Source: Dehalococcoidia bacterium
GTDB taxonomy: Bacteria; Chloroflexota; Dehalococcoidia; Lucifugimonadales; JAGWBF01
NCBI GenBank assembly: GCA_965207935.1
Contig: CBDBNM010000002.1
Coordinates: 77,692 to 141,691, forward strand
Direction: 5' to 3'
Length of the DNA stretch: 64,000 bases
The position numbers and the translations under genes are program-made. Positions 1 to 9,438 of this stretch are shown here, piece after piece. The notes beneath the pieces were generated by a model that saw only the letters and a list, made by a program, of their open reading frames with translations, was not told the origin of the DNA and searched no databases. Each line of letters starts with the position of its first letter. The first letter of the stretch is position 1.

Positions 1-181
1 GGCAAACTATATCAGGAACTAGTTCAAGGAGTCTAGTCCAATTACAACATTACATTATCGATATTAAGTTTCATTAAGTCGTTATGCGACCCACCCAAGA
101 GGCCATTCCGGCAAGTTGCGAAAGCAATGAACCGCCTGCAAAAACGACGGCTACTTTAAGCCCAAAGCCCCGACTTCATCG

Positions 182-448
182 ATGAATTTGTGTTGGGCAA
201 TTAAGGCAACGATTGAAGGCCGATGGCTGGGCGAAGGACCAGATCGTGCGATCTTACCCACTTATGCATGGCTCCAGTTCGAGATGCGCGAAGGGGAAGA
301 TGGGGCGACCTGGCTGGACCAGACGGCTGTCTTCGCCCCCAGGGGCCTGATGGGACTCCTGTACTGGTATGCCCTCTACCCGGTCCATGCCTGGATATTC
401 GGCGGGATGATCAAGACCATAGCCCGCCGCGCCCAGAAGGGCGTGTAG
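182..448 (+). pseudogene. DUF2867-like C-terminal fragment (probable truncated remnant)
   Basis: The tail ...GLMGLLYWYALYPVHAWIFGGMIKTIARRA resembles the C-terminus of DUF2867-family proteins. Only 88 codons are present, and the preceding 180 nt are AT-rich with no continuing frame. Confidence 0.35.
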
Positions 449-531
449 GGCGCATACTTGTGCGCGTGTAGGCTAAGCGGTTGCAGCACCGGTGGGGCTT
501 GCTGGATGCTTCTAAGGGACGCGCTGGGTCG

Positions 532-1779
532 CTAGTTCCCGTAAGCCACCGTATCAAGCTCCTCGATGCGTTCGTCCGATGTGAAGCGCCAGGTCCCAAT
601 GTGACCCCGGCGCAGGTCGCCGTTTTCGTCCCAGTCCAGTGTGCTGGCAGCGCCATCGAAGTCGATTTCTTGACCTTGAACCAGCAGGGACAGGCCCTCG
701 GCGACTCCCGTGGGAGTGCCGAGAACAGACCGGCCCGGCGGTCCTGCAACGACCCGCAGGTGGTCGCGAATCGCGGCGCCGTCGAGACTGCCTGCAGCTT
801 GGGCTGCGAGAGCGAGGGCGACTGTGGCATCGTAGGTCTCTTTAACGTAGGCGAGAACAGGAAGCTCGCCGTACGCCTCGATGAAGGCTGCTTCCCAGTC
901 GGCGGTCGCCGCGTTGTCGGGAGCGGACGCCCCCGCGGTCCCGTACGTGCCTCCCAACTTCTCTCCGCCGATCTCCTTGACTAGACTCACGCGCTTGGAC
1001 GCATCGCCGAATACGAATTGCCTGTAGATGCCCTTATCAAGCGCCTCGCGCACAATAGCCAGGGCATGGCCCTCGAACGCGATGATGACCAAAGCCTCCG
1101 CCCCGGAGCTGGCGCTCTGTTTCAGCTCGGGGAGGTAGCTGGTCTGGTCCACATCGATGGAGACGGATTGCAGCGTACCGCCCCAAGCCTCTTGGAAGGC
1201 ATCGGCCAACCCCCGACCATAGGCATCGTCCTGATAGACGAGCCCGACGTTAGTGAAACCGCGTTCCCAGGTCACGCGTGCCAGAACCGGACCCTGGGCG
1301 GCATCGGAGAGGGCTGTCCGGAAGAAGTAGCCGTTGTCCTGGACGTCGGTGAGCTGGGGAGAGGTGGCGGAAGGGCTGATGGTGGGAACGACAAGGGCCC
1401 CGGATACACTCTGCGCAACGGGCAAGGCAGCCGAGCTGGCGTTGGGGCCGACTATCCCATGGACGCCTTCCACCTCCACAAGACGCCGCGCCTCTTCCGT
1501 GGCAACCGACGGATCTCCGGTAGCATCCGCGATGACACTCTGAACCGGCATACCGAGCACACCTCCGCCCGCATTGAGGTGGCGTATAGCGAGATCGAAG
1601 GCCCGATGTCTGTCGGCGGACGCCTCGGGGGAGCCGGTGAAGTTGAGCAGCAGGCCGAGCTTCAGCGACGTCGTGTCCGGCTGCTCCGTTGAGTCAGCAT
1701 GGCACCCTGCGCCAATGACGAGCATAAAGATGGCGGCCAGCAGAACAAAAACACGTGACCCGACCAGGATATTCTTCAC
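532..1779 (-). CDS. ABC transporter substrate-binding protein, branched-chain amino acid (LivK/type I periplasmic binding) family; lipoprotein-like signal peptide
   Basis: 415 aa. The N-terminal hydrophobic signal ends in GAGC. The body (LKLGLLLNFTG..., IVGPNASSAALPVAQ, VYQDDAYGRGLADAF) is typical of Leu/Ile/Val-binding proteins. Confidence 0.8.
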   Translation of the reverse strand: MKNILVGSRVFVLLAAIFMLVIGAGCHADSTEQPDTTSLKLGLLLNFTGSPEASADRHRAFDLAIRHLNAGGGVLGMPVQSVIADATGDPSVATEEARRLVEVEGVHGIVGPNASSAALPVAQSVSGALVVPTISPSATSPQLTDVQDNGYFFRTALSDAAQGPVLARVTWERGFTNVGLVYQDDAYGRGLADAFQEAWGGTLQSVSIDVDQTSYLPELKQSASSGAEALVIIAFEGHALAIVREALDKGIYRQFVFGDASKRVSLVKEIGGEKLGGTYGTAGASAPDNAATADWEAAFIEAYGELPVLAYVKETYDATVALALAAQAAGSLDGAAIRDHLRVVAGPPGRSVLGTPTGVAEGLSLLVQGQEIDFDGAASTLDWDENGDLRRGHIGTWRFTSDERIEELDTVAYGN

Positions 1780-2105
1780 GTGGGAATTCCCTTCAGCACT
1801 GGGGCATGGTGGCTATGCATAATAGTCCCCTATTGAGCAGGACGTGATTCAGACTTCAGCAGGATTTGGACGCCAGGTCAACCGGCGGTGCGCCGGACTT
1901 CCGGCATGTGGAGGAAGCGTAGGCGTGACGGCTGGTACAGCCCAGGCCGGAGATGGAGCTTCCCGGGCGACGCGAGAGGACTGTCCTCTACCCGGTCTAC
2001 GCCCGAACATCCTGCAGGATGTTCAGGGCCATCGCCCGCGGGGTGGAGGGGGGCGAGTAGGGTGCGGTGGCCTAGCCGATTCTCATAGGTGCGGGCATTC
2101 CTATC

Positions 2106-2780
2106 TCAGGAAGGAAGCCGAGTCTCAGCCTCATCGTCCGTACCTTCCGTAGTGTCTAGCTCACTGACCTCTTCGGCAGTGATGGAGATGTCACCCCCGT
2201 TGGCTATTTCCCACAAGCCGGTCAACCTTCCAGCGATCTCCTCGTTTTCCAACAAGTGAGACGGGAAGGTTATGGCAGCAGTATTTTGTCCAATGATGGT
2301 AACTCGTTCGAGGCCGGCCTTGGGGCGTTCATTTCTTACCTTCTCCAAAATGTGAGCGAGATAGGCGTAGACAATTCGCGCCTGCCTTGGCCAATCGGAT
2401 ACTGGGCCCAGCGCTAAGTTTGCGACTACCGCTGTCTGAAGGGCATAATCCGAGATTAGATCGAACGAGTTTTCGGTTGACGAAGTGACCGTCAACACGT
2501 GTATGTTCGGCGCTTTGTCATCGTGTTGTAGCTCGTACGCCACCCGCCAGACAGCTCGCAGTAGTGCCTGCCAGTGTCGCAGAATAGTGCTGAGCTCTCC
2601 GACAGTCATCTTGCCATATTCAAGGTGCAATCTAATGGGTGTGTTGATTGCAGCATACCTGGTTGATTTCATTGCAATTCCACTCCTCTGGCCTCTGTTT
2701 TCCACTTCACGCTTTCGCCGATCTGGTTTGGATTCGCCTCTGACACTTGGTTCACCACCGAATCGGGGCATGGCCGTCAT
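2106..2780 (-). CDS. hypothetical protein (acidic C-terminus), co-directional with the upstream PIN-like gene
   Basis: 224-aa ORF in an AT-richer patch with no recognisable motif. The real start may be the internal Met (MKSTRY...). Confidence 0.35.
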   Translation of the reverse strand: MTAMPRFGGEPSVRGESKPDRRKREVENRGQRSGIAMKSTRYAAINTPIRLHLEYGKMTVGELSTILRHWQALLRAVWRVAYELQHDDKAPNIHVLTVTSSTENSFDLISDYALQTAVVANLALGPVSDWPRQARIVYAYLAHILEKVRNERPKAGLERVTIIGQNTAAITFPSHLLENEEIAGRLTGLWEIANGGDISITAEEVSELDTTEGTDDEAETRLPS

Positions 2781-2966
2781 TGTCCCCAGTTAAGCGATGA
2801 ACCGGCGATTTGAGGGACTCTCGATTTGCCACAATTCCCCAATCGCAATGGGACAAGGAATCTGTTGCGAGAATCGAGAGGCAAGCGAAAGGATCTTTCG
2901 GAAAGGATAGGTACATCGGCGTATCTGCACAACTAGCCGGCTGGACCCCTATTAGCCTGGTGCCGT

Positions 2967-3650
2967 TCATGACAGAATGCCCGTCCAAGGGCGAATGTAG
3001 TCCATAAACTCAACGGGTCGCATTACTTGCAGTCCGAGTCGTCCCACCTCTACCCGATAACGCCAGAGGGTTCTATAGTCCATGGTAAGGAATATGTCGC
3101 ACCCATACTCCAACGCATCAATTACCAGTTGTCGGTCGTTTTCGTCGGGTAGGTTCGTCAATACGCTAGACAGATAAAGCCGTTGAATGAATGTAAAGGG
3201 AGTTAGCTCTCTGTAGAGTGACTCAGTGGTCCCCTCTAGGCACTGGTCAAACCTTGACATGAAGTAGTCAGCAAGTTCACCACCCCAGCGGACAAGTTCT
3301 ACCCGCTTGTCAAGTCGTGTCGTAGCCTCCAATTCTCTCAGAGTCCTGGATGAAACGGCGAGGGGCCAACCGGCACGTTGCCCTAGGCGGATGAATTCAC
3401 CTAAGGCATGAACGTCTTCGGCAATGCGCGGACCCGCTGTTGACAGCTTGGTATCCATCGCCCGTTCGAGGGCGTTGTCGTAAATGAATTCCCCGAAAGT
3501 ATGCAGATTTTGGACGATGTTCGTGTCCAGGAAAATCAGCCGGGGATATTTGGGAACTGACCGTCCTCTTTGGGGGTTTCTGGCGTTATGAGTTCTCATT
3601 TGTCGGTCTTGTAGGGCTAGGATATTCGCAGAACCCGGCTCGGCAGACAC
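2967..3650 (-). CDS. PIN-like domain protein
   Basis: LIFLDTNIV near the N-terminus and DENDRQLVIDALEYGCDIFLTMDYR near the C-terminus match the first and last acidic motifs of PIN-fold nucleases. Confidence 0.5.
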   Translation of the reverse strand: MSAEPGSANILALQDRQMRTHNARNPQRGRSVPKYPRLIFLDTNIVQNLHTFGEFIYDNALERAMDTKLSTAGPRIAEDVHALGEFIRLGQRAGWPLAVSSRTLRELEATTRLDKRVELVRWGGELADYFMSRFDQCLEGTTESLYRELTPFTFIQRLYLSSVLTNLPDENDRQLVIDALEYGCDIFLTMDYRTLWRYRVEVGRLGLQVMRPVEFMDYIRPWTGILS

Positions 3651-3995
3651 ACATGTCCATCCACATCGCGAGGACGGTGTTGTTTACCATGCACGTTAGT
3701 GGTCCGCAGATAACTCTAGCCTCTGCCCACTTCGCGTGTAAAGCAGGTGTTTCAACTAGCTGAATTAGTCTCCCACCACCAATTCCATACGGCCCGTCAA
3801 GGTCCTCACGACAACTGAGCAAGATCTGATGGCGCGACCCACCAGGCATACGTCGCCTGTAGCTATGAAGCGGTGAACTACGCCGAATAATCTACTCTCC
3901 TAGCCAGTACGGCCTTTGTTTCCTCAAATTCAGTGTAGGCTGTTGAAGTGGCGTCCTTTGCCGACACAGTGTTGATAGAAACAGGCCGGGGGCGT

Positions 3996-5056
3996 TTAAG
4001 GGTTGGAAATTGGCTCCGCAAGGAACTCAGATTCGGTCATTTCACCATCATAAGGTACTTCCGAGGCTGAGAGAGGTGTTCGAAGTGCGAGAATATCGCC
4101 AACCGTAAGGTACGTGTAGACAACGTAACGGTCGGCTTCTTCTTTACTCACAGTTGCGTGGGAGCCCTTTTGTGAGGCCTTAAATAGCGCATCGAGCCTG
4201 TTGCCGATGTACTCTAACTCGGACCCTACCAATTCATTAAATCTCTGCGACTCTGAAGCATCTTCAATCCACGCAATCAGTCTATTGATATATTGATCAT
4301 TTCCAAGCTTAATTGGCTTGGTCTCGCCATCGACCTCCACATATCGGGGTTCAACTTGGGCAGGAAATAAGGAGTCAGCAAGGTCCTGAAGGACTCTTCT
4401 GCACCCATGCACCGCATTGGCCCAGTCCTCTGGATTATCAGACTTAAGATTGTCGTAGATGGCGGTGAACTTCCTTATGGATTCCGGAATCACTTTGCCG
4501 ATGAGCGAATCAACAGACAAGCGGATTCTACCGAAAGCGTCATCGGCAACGCCACCAAAGGTGAGTTCGTAATACTTCCGCGAAGCATAGCTATATATGA
4601 AGGTACGTCGAGAGGCTAGCCGCGCACTTGTTGTCGAAATACCGGATCTCAGTCGCGTCCTTTCTGTCGGGTTATCCGCTGCCTGAAGGCCAACCCCTCC
4701 AATTTCCCTATCGTTCTCCAACTCTTCTATAGAATTCGTGTACATCCGTTTCGTTCCCTCTTCATCTGATGGCTTACGACTAAAGAAGACGCGGTCAGCT
4801 TTTTCGGCAGTTGACCAGACTCGGGAGTCACCCCCTTTGCTGTCCTTGGATACCCACCGCTCTCCCATTCAAAGATCTGCTGGGCTTCGAAGTCGTTCGT
4901 TATTCGCGCTAGGCGTAGTGTCTTTAGTGCAACCAGCGAAAGAGGAATTTGGCTCAACTCGATATCCCTTAGAATATCGCCTGCCAAGGCTTGTGCTTCC
5001 AAGAGTGCCTGAGGTGACGGCGGAACCGCCATATTCTCTTGAGATGGCTGCGTCAA
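3996..5056 (-). pseudogene. AbiTii-like abortive-infection gene split into two overlapping frames (4727..5056 and 3996..4868)
   Basis: The N-terminal ORF (...LSLVALKTLRLARITNDFEAQQIFEWESGGY) looks like an AbiTii N-terminal domain. The 290-aa ORF continues in another frame. The overlap contains a C5/G5 run at 4831-4835, where a 1-nt change would fuse the frames. Confidence 0.5.
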
Positions 5057-5331
5057 CAGACCTCCTCGGTTAACACATGAGCAACAGCTATTGTACTTAC
5101 TGCCCTGCCTTAGGTCTAATTTTTCGCGACAACATGGAGTTTTCGGCCCCCTACACCTCGTTTAGAGATATAGAAACTCCGATATTCTCGAGTCAGAATT
5201 TGGTCACTCATGAAGTCCGCCTATCTCGCTGTCAATGCTAAGTTAGATTTGACCCTTTTCCGCTAAGTTAGAACTGACCCACCTTGTCGTTAAGTCGCCT
5301 CCTTTCTGGCAAGCAAGAGTGCCTGTTGGAT

Positions 5332-6135
5332 TTAGACGTCGCCGGAGCTAGCGGCTTCAGGCGATGTCGATAGCAGTTGATGGGAGGCGAAGAGTCCGGC
5401 CTGCCTCTTGCCTTTAAGCCGGTAGCTCTCGCCTCGGATGTTGAGGACGTGGCTGTGGTGCAGCAGCCGGTCCAGGATGGCCGAGGCGATGACGGTATCG
5501 CCCAGAAGCTCACCCCACTCGGCGAAGCCCTTGTTGGAGGTGAGGATGATGCTGCCCCGCTCATAGCGAGCCGACACCAGGGTGAAGAAGGCGGTGGAGG
5601 CGTCCCGGTCGTAAGGCCAGATGCCGAACTCGTCCACGATGAGTAGCTTGGGCGACAGGTAGACCCGCATGCGCCGTTGGAGGTTGTTCTCCACCCTGGC
5701 CTTCCTCAGGTCCTCCATCAGGTCGTAGGCTCGGACGAAGTAGGCCCCCTGGCTCTTCTCGATGGCCTTGAGCGCTAGGGCCACCGCCAGATGGGTCTTG
5801 CCCACACCTGGCGGTCCCAGGAGCAGCAGGTTGGTGGCTTCAGCGACGAAGGACAGGCCGGCCAGTTCCCGCACCTGTCGCTCGTCGATGGAGGGCTGGA
5901 ACGAGAAGTCGAACTGCTCCAAGGTCCGGTGGAAGGGGAGGTGAGCCAGCTTCGTCCTGGTGGACATGTACCGCTCCTTCCGGGCGGCCACTTCCACGCC
6001 GAGTAGCTCTGCCAGCATCTCGGGGTAGGTCAGTTTCTTGGTGGCCGCAGCGTCCAAGGAGTTGTCCAGGGCTTCGACGGCCTGCTTGAGGCCCAGCGTC
6101 TCCAGGTGCTGGCGAGCCTGTTCCAGCGCGATCAT
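5332..6135 (-). CDS. istB: IS21-family helper ATPase IstB
   Basis: 267 aa with Walker A GPPGVGKTHLA, Walker B LLIVDEFG and SIILTSNKGFAEWGELLGD. Confidence 0.9.
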   Translation of the reverse strand: MIALEQARQHLETLGLKQAVEALDNSLDAAATKKLTYPEMLAELLGVEVAARKERYMSTRTKLAHLPFHRTLEQFDFSFQPSIDERQVRELAGLSFVAEATNLLLLGPPGVGKTHLAVALALKAIEKSQGAYFVRAYDLMEDLRKARVENNLQRRMRVYLSPKLLIVDEFGIWPYDRDASTAFFTLVSARYERGSIILTSNKGFAEWGELLGDTVIASAILDRLLHHSHVLNIRGESYRLKGKRQAGLFASHQLLSTSPEAASSGDV

Positions 6136-7367
6136 CGCCCACCTCCCACCGCTGCCAACTCGTACACCTCCAGGGAGCGGCGCTCCACCTGGCCCACAGG
6201 GATCTGCACCGCCACGGCTTCCTTACGAGGACGATCATCGCCGCCGGGCAGTCCGTCCCACTGGCCCGGCAGTGTGAGGCGCTGACCGGTCCGCTGGGCT
6301 TGGGGATGCACCGCCAGCCGCACGTCGCCCGACCAGACCTCCACCGTACCGGCCCGCACACCCACCTGGACCGTCGAACCCGCCCAGCTCCAGGGCACGC
6401 CGTAGCGAGACCTCTCCCAGTGGACGTAGCCGTCCCTGGCCACCTTCCGCTCCTCCCGCATGTAGGGCGCAAGGCCCGAACGCGGCGGCAGGCTGCCCAG
6501 GTGGGCGAGCTCCTCAGCCAGCATCTCTCGGGGGACCCGGTGCGTCGTCCCATGGACTCGCCGATTGGCCACCGCATCGCACCACTCCAGGGCCTGGCGG
6601 TTCATGTCTGCGTCGTCGGTGAAGCGGACACCGGGCCACAGGTTGCCCCGGACGTACTTCACGCCGCTCTCCACCTTGCCCTTCGTCTGCGCTCGGTAGG
6701 GTCGGCACAGACGGAGGTCGAAGCCCATTCGCAGTGAGAAGTCCAGCATCCGGCTGTTCCACTCCGGCCTGCCCTCCCTGTCACGCCCCAGGACCACCAC
6801 CTTGGCGTTGTCGTACAGGCAGCGGCGGGGAACACCACCGAAGTACTCGAAGGCGTTCAGATGGCACCTGATGAAGGTCGCCACGTCGGCGCGCCGGACG
6901 AACTCCACGTAGATGGTCCGAGACCAGCTCAGCACCATCACGAAGGCCCAGACCCGGTGCTTGCGCCCGTCCTCTCCGACATAGGCGAAGCTGCCCCAGT
7001 CCACCTGTGCCTGCTCGCCTGGCGCCGTCTCGAACCGCACCGTCGCACGGGGCTGACGCGGCCGACGCCGAGGCCGCACGTAGTTGGTCAGCGTCGGATA
7101 GCTGCCGTCGTAGCCCAACTCCCGGATCTCCCGCAGCAGCACCACGCAGTTGTCCACTCCCGCCGACAGCCGACCATCTATGTGACCCTTGTATGGGTCC
7201 AGCTTCGACCCCTGCTTCTCTCGCCGCTTGGCCTTGGGCACCTCGTCGGAGCGCACGTACTTGCGCACGGTGTTCCGGGAAATCCCCAACTCCCTCGATA
7301 TCCCTCGGATCGAGCTTCCATCGCCCTTCAACTCGTATAACTCTCTCACTAACCCACCTCCTATCAT
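6132..7367 (-). CDS. istA: IS21-family transposase IstA
   Basis: 411 aa with an N-terminal HTH (ISRNTVRKYV) and a DDE integrase core (QVDWG..., WSR..., YRAQTKGKVE). There is a 4-nt ATGA overlap with istB. Confidence 0.9.
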   Translation of the reverse strand: MIGGGLVRELYELKGDGSSIRGISRELGISRNTVRKYVRSDEVPKAKRREKQGSKLDPYKGHIDGRLSAGVDNCVVLLREIRELGYDGSYPTLTNYVRPRRRPRQPRATVRFETAPGEQAQVDWGSFAYVGEDGRKHRVWAFVMVLSWSRTIYVEFVRRADVATFIRCHLNAFEYFGGVPRRCLYDNAKVVVLGRDREGRPEWNSRMLDFSLRMGFDLRLCRPYRAQTKGKVESGVKYVRGNLWPGVRFTDDADMNRQALEWCDAVANRRVHGTTHRVPREMLAEELAHLGSLPPRSGLAPYMREERKVARDGYVHWERSRYGVPWSWAGSTVQVGVRAGTVEVWSGDVRLAVHPQAQRTGQRLTLPGQWDGLPGGDDRPRKEAVAVQIPVGQVERRSLEVYELAAVGGGR

Positions 7368-7487
7368 TTGACTTGCTGCACCTCCTAATCGGTTTCCCGA
7401 CGAAGATGCGTCCGCTATCGGGGTGGGTCAATTCCAAATTAGCGCTACTGGGTCAGTTTAGAGTTAGCACTAACATCGCCAAGCAGC

Positions 7488-7550
7488 GGTGTCGTCAAGA
7501 GGAATTGAACCTCTGGCCCCCTGCGTGTAAAGCAGGTGCTCTAGCAACCC
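7488..7550 (-). pseudogene. 3' fragment of tRNA-Val(UAC) lacking the 5' acceptor and D-stem
   Basis: The minus strand reads ...TAGAGCACCTGCTTTACACGCAGGGGGCCAGAGGTTCAATTCCTCTTGACGACACC. That covers the anticodon arm (loop TTTACAC), the variable loop, the T-arm and the 3' acceptor strand. No complementary 5' acceptor strand or D-stem lies upstream. Confidence 0.55.
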
Positions 7551-7686
7551 ACCTTGCGCCTCGCCTGCGGCCTCGGACTGTTTTCAGGAAATCGCGGCTC
7601 CTGACGGCGAACGGGATGTATAATCGGGCCATACTCGGAGAGAGAACACACCAACCATAACCGATGCTGAAACCGGAGGCTGTACG

Positions 7687-7887
7687 ATGCCTGACACTGG
7701 CGAGACTTCAATGGAGGAGTTCAAGCTCATGGCCGACCGGGCCGGGTTGGGGATGATTCAGGAAGAGCTGGATGACCTCAAGCCGATTTACGAGCTCTAC
7801 GCCGCCTACGCCCAACAGCTGCACACTCTGAACTTCGGGGCCGAGGAGATGGTCGTGGAGTTCCACCCGGACTGGCCGGAGGCATGA
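7687..7887 (+). CDS. small AtzG/GatC-like protein (DUF4089-like) preceding the amidase
   Basis: 66 aa, positioned immediately upstream of an amidase-signature enzyme. Size and pattern (...GLGMIQEELDDLKPIYELYAAYAQQL...) recall AtzG-type amidase partners. Confidence 0.4.
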   Translation: MPDTGETSMEEFKLMADRAGLGMIQEELDDLKPIYELYAAYAQQLHTLNFGAEEMVVEFHPDWPEA

Positions 7888-7933
7888 CAGGGGTCTGCCA
7901 AGCAATCCTAGACCTACCAAGGAAGGAGGCGAT

Positions 7934-9340
7934 ATGTCCACTTCCGACACACCACTCCATTACCTGACCATTCGTCAGGCTGGGGAGTTGATTCGGACAA
8001 GACAATTTTCCCCAGTGGAATTGACCCGGGCCTGCCTGGACCGCATCGAAGCCACCGACGACAGGCTGCACTCGTTCATCCTGCTGCTGGCCGACGAAGC
8101 GCTGGAGCAGGCGCGAACGGCCGAGGCACAGGTGCTAAGTGGTGATTACAAGGGGCCAATGCACGGCATACCCTTTGCCCTGAAGGACCTGTACGATACC
8201 GCTGGAGTCCGCACCACCTCCGGTTCCCAAGTGGACATCAACCGGGTACCCACCGAAGACGCCACCACTACCGCCAGGCTCAAGGAAGCCGGGGGCATCC
8301 TCCTGGGCAAGCTGGCGATGCACGAGTTCGCCCTGGGCGGTCCGGACTGGACGACGCCTTTCGAACCGGCCCGCAACCCTTGGAACCTCGACCATATCAC
8401 CGGGGGCTCCAGCAGCGGCTCCGGCTCGGCGGTAGCATCGGGCCAGGCTCCCGGGGCGTTGGGTTCCTGTACCGGCGGTTCCATCCGTGGCCCGGCCTCG
8501 CTGTGCGGTATCGTGGGCCTGAAACCGACCTATGGGCGAGTGAGTCGCTTCGGCGTGGTTACCTTGAGCTGGTCCCAGGATCACGCTGGGCCGATGACGC
8601 GCACCGTAGAAGACACTGCCTTCATGCTCCAGGCCATCGCCGGCCACGACCCCAGGGACCCGACATCCAGTCGCGCCCCGGTGCCGGACTATTCCCTGTC
8701 CCTGCGGGAGGACATTCGTGGGGTCAGGCTGGGCCTTCCCAGGCATTACTTCTTTGACAATGATCCCAGGGTCAATCCCGAGGTGGTGGCCAAAGTGGAG
8801 GAGGCAGTGGCCGCGCTCGAAGGTCTGGGCGCGCACGTGGAGGAAGTGACCCTGCCCAGCCTCGATTATGTGCGCGCCGCCAATTCGGTGATAATGGTCA
8901 GCGAGGCGTTCGCCTACCACGAGCCTAACTTGAAGACCCGCCCCCAGGAGTTCGGGGAAATAGTCCGCGGCAGGTTCCGGATCGGCGGACTGCTGAACGC
9001 ATCGGACTACCTCCAGGCCCAGAGGGTGCGGACATGGGCGAGGCGGGAGTTCGCCGATGTCATGAAGAGAGTGGACTTCCTGGTAACCCCGACCATGTCC
9101 CAACCGGCGGCCGCCTTCGAGGGATACGACCCACTCTCGACGGCTCGCGGGAAGAGCTTCACCGCACCCTTCAACGTCACCGGTCTTCCGGCAATTTCGG
9201 TACCCTGCGGTTTCACTGAAAGCGGCCTGCCCATCGGTATGCAGATTGCCGGCAAGCCCTTCGACGAGCCCGGCGTTATCCAGGCTGCTTACACTTACCA
9301 GCAGCACGCCGGCTGGCACGAGTTGAAGCCCACAATATGA
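7934..9340 (+). CDS. amidase (amidase-signature family, GatA/AtzE-like)
   Basis: 468 aa with the GGSSSGSGSAVASG signature, a Ser-cisSer-Lys context (KDLYDTAG) and a typical C-terminus (GLPIGMQIAGKPFDE). Confidence 0.9.
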   Translation: MSTSDTPLHYLTIRQAGELIRTRQFSPVELTRACLDRIEATDDRLHSFILLLADEALEQARTAEAQVLSGDYKGPMHGIPFALKDLYDTAGVRTTSGSQVDINRVPTEDATTTARLKEAGGILLGKLAMHEFALGGPDWTTPFEPARNPWNLDHITGGSSSGSGSAVASGQAPGALGSCTGGSIRGPASLCGIVGLKPTYGRVSRFGVVTLSWSQDHAGPMTRTVEDTAFMLQAIAGHDPRDPTSSRAPVPDYSLSLREDIRGVRLGLPRHYFFDNDPRVNPEVVAKVEEAVAALEGLGAHVEEVTLPSLDYVRAANSVIMVSEAFAYHEPNLKTRPQEFGEIVRGRFRIGGLLNASDYLQAQRVRTWARREFADVMKRVDFLVTPTMSQPAAAFEGYDPLSTARGKSFTAPFNVTGLPAISVPCGFTESGLPIGMQIAGKPFDEPGVIQAAYTYQQHAGWHELKPTI

Positions 9341-9404
9341 CCCCCTGTGCCCAGCGTGGAAAGCCAGAGCAAACTGGCTGAAAGAGTAGGGATCTGGGAA
9401 GACC

Positions 9405-9438
9405 AACGGGGAATTTGATCTGGGAGTGATTCCCCGTT
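9405..9438 (+). terminator. possible hairpin terminator after the amidase
   Basis: AACGGGGAAT-N14-ATTCCCCGTT followed by TTCCCTATT. The T-tract is weak. Confidence 0.3.

Larger units (their letters stand above)
5236..7469 (-). mobile_element. IS21-family insertion sequence (istA-istB) with multiple terminal repeats
   Basis: Left end: TGCTAAGTTAGATTTGACCC...CGCTAAGTTAGAACTGACCCACC. Reverse complement of the right end: TGCTAACTCTAAACTGACCC...CGCTAATTTGGAATTGACCCACC. These are paired imperfect inverted repeats, each present twice, as in IS21 elements. The element encloses intact istA and istB. Confidence 0.85.

Noticed and set aside
5840-7437. 245-aa and 218-aa alternative-frame ORFs inside the IS21 element
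   Set aside because: They overlap istA/istB in other frames. They are Arg/Pro/Gly-rich, whereas istA/istB carry the conserved DDE and Walker motifs.
7488-7560. A functional tRNA-Val gene
   Set aside because: No 5' acceptor strand complementary to TGACGAC is present, and no D-stem partner for GAGC can be formed from the upstream sequence.
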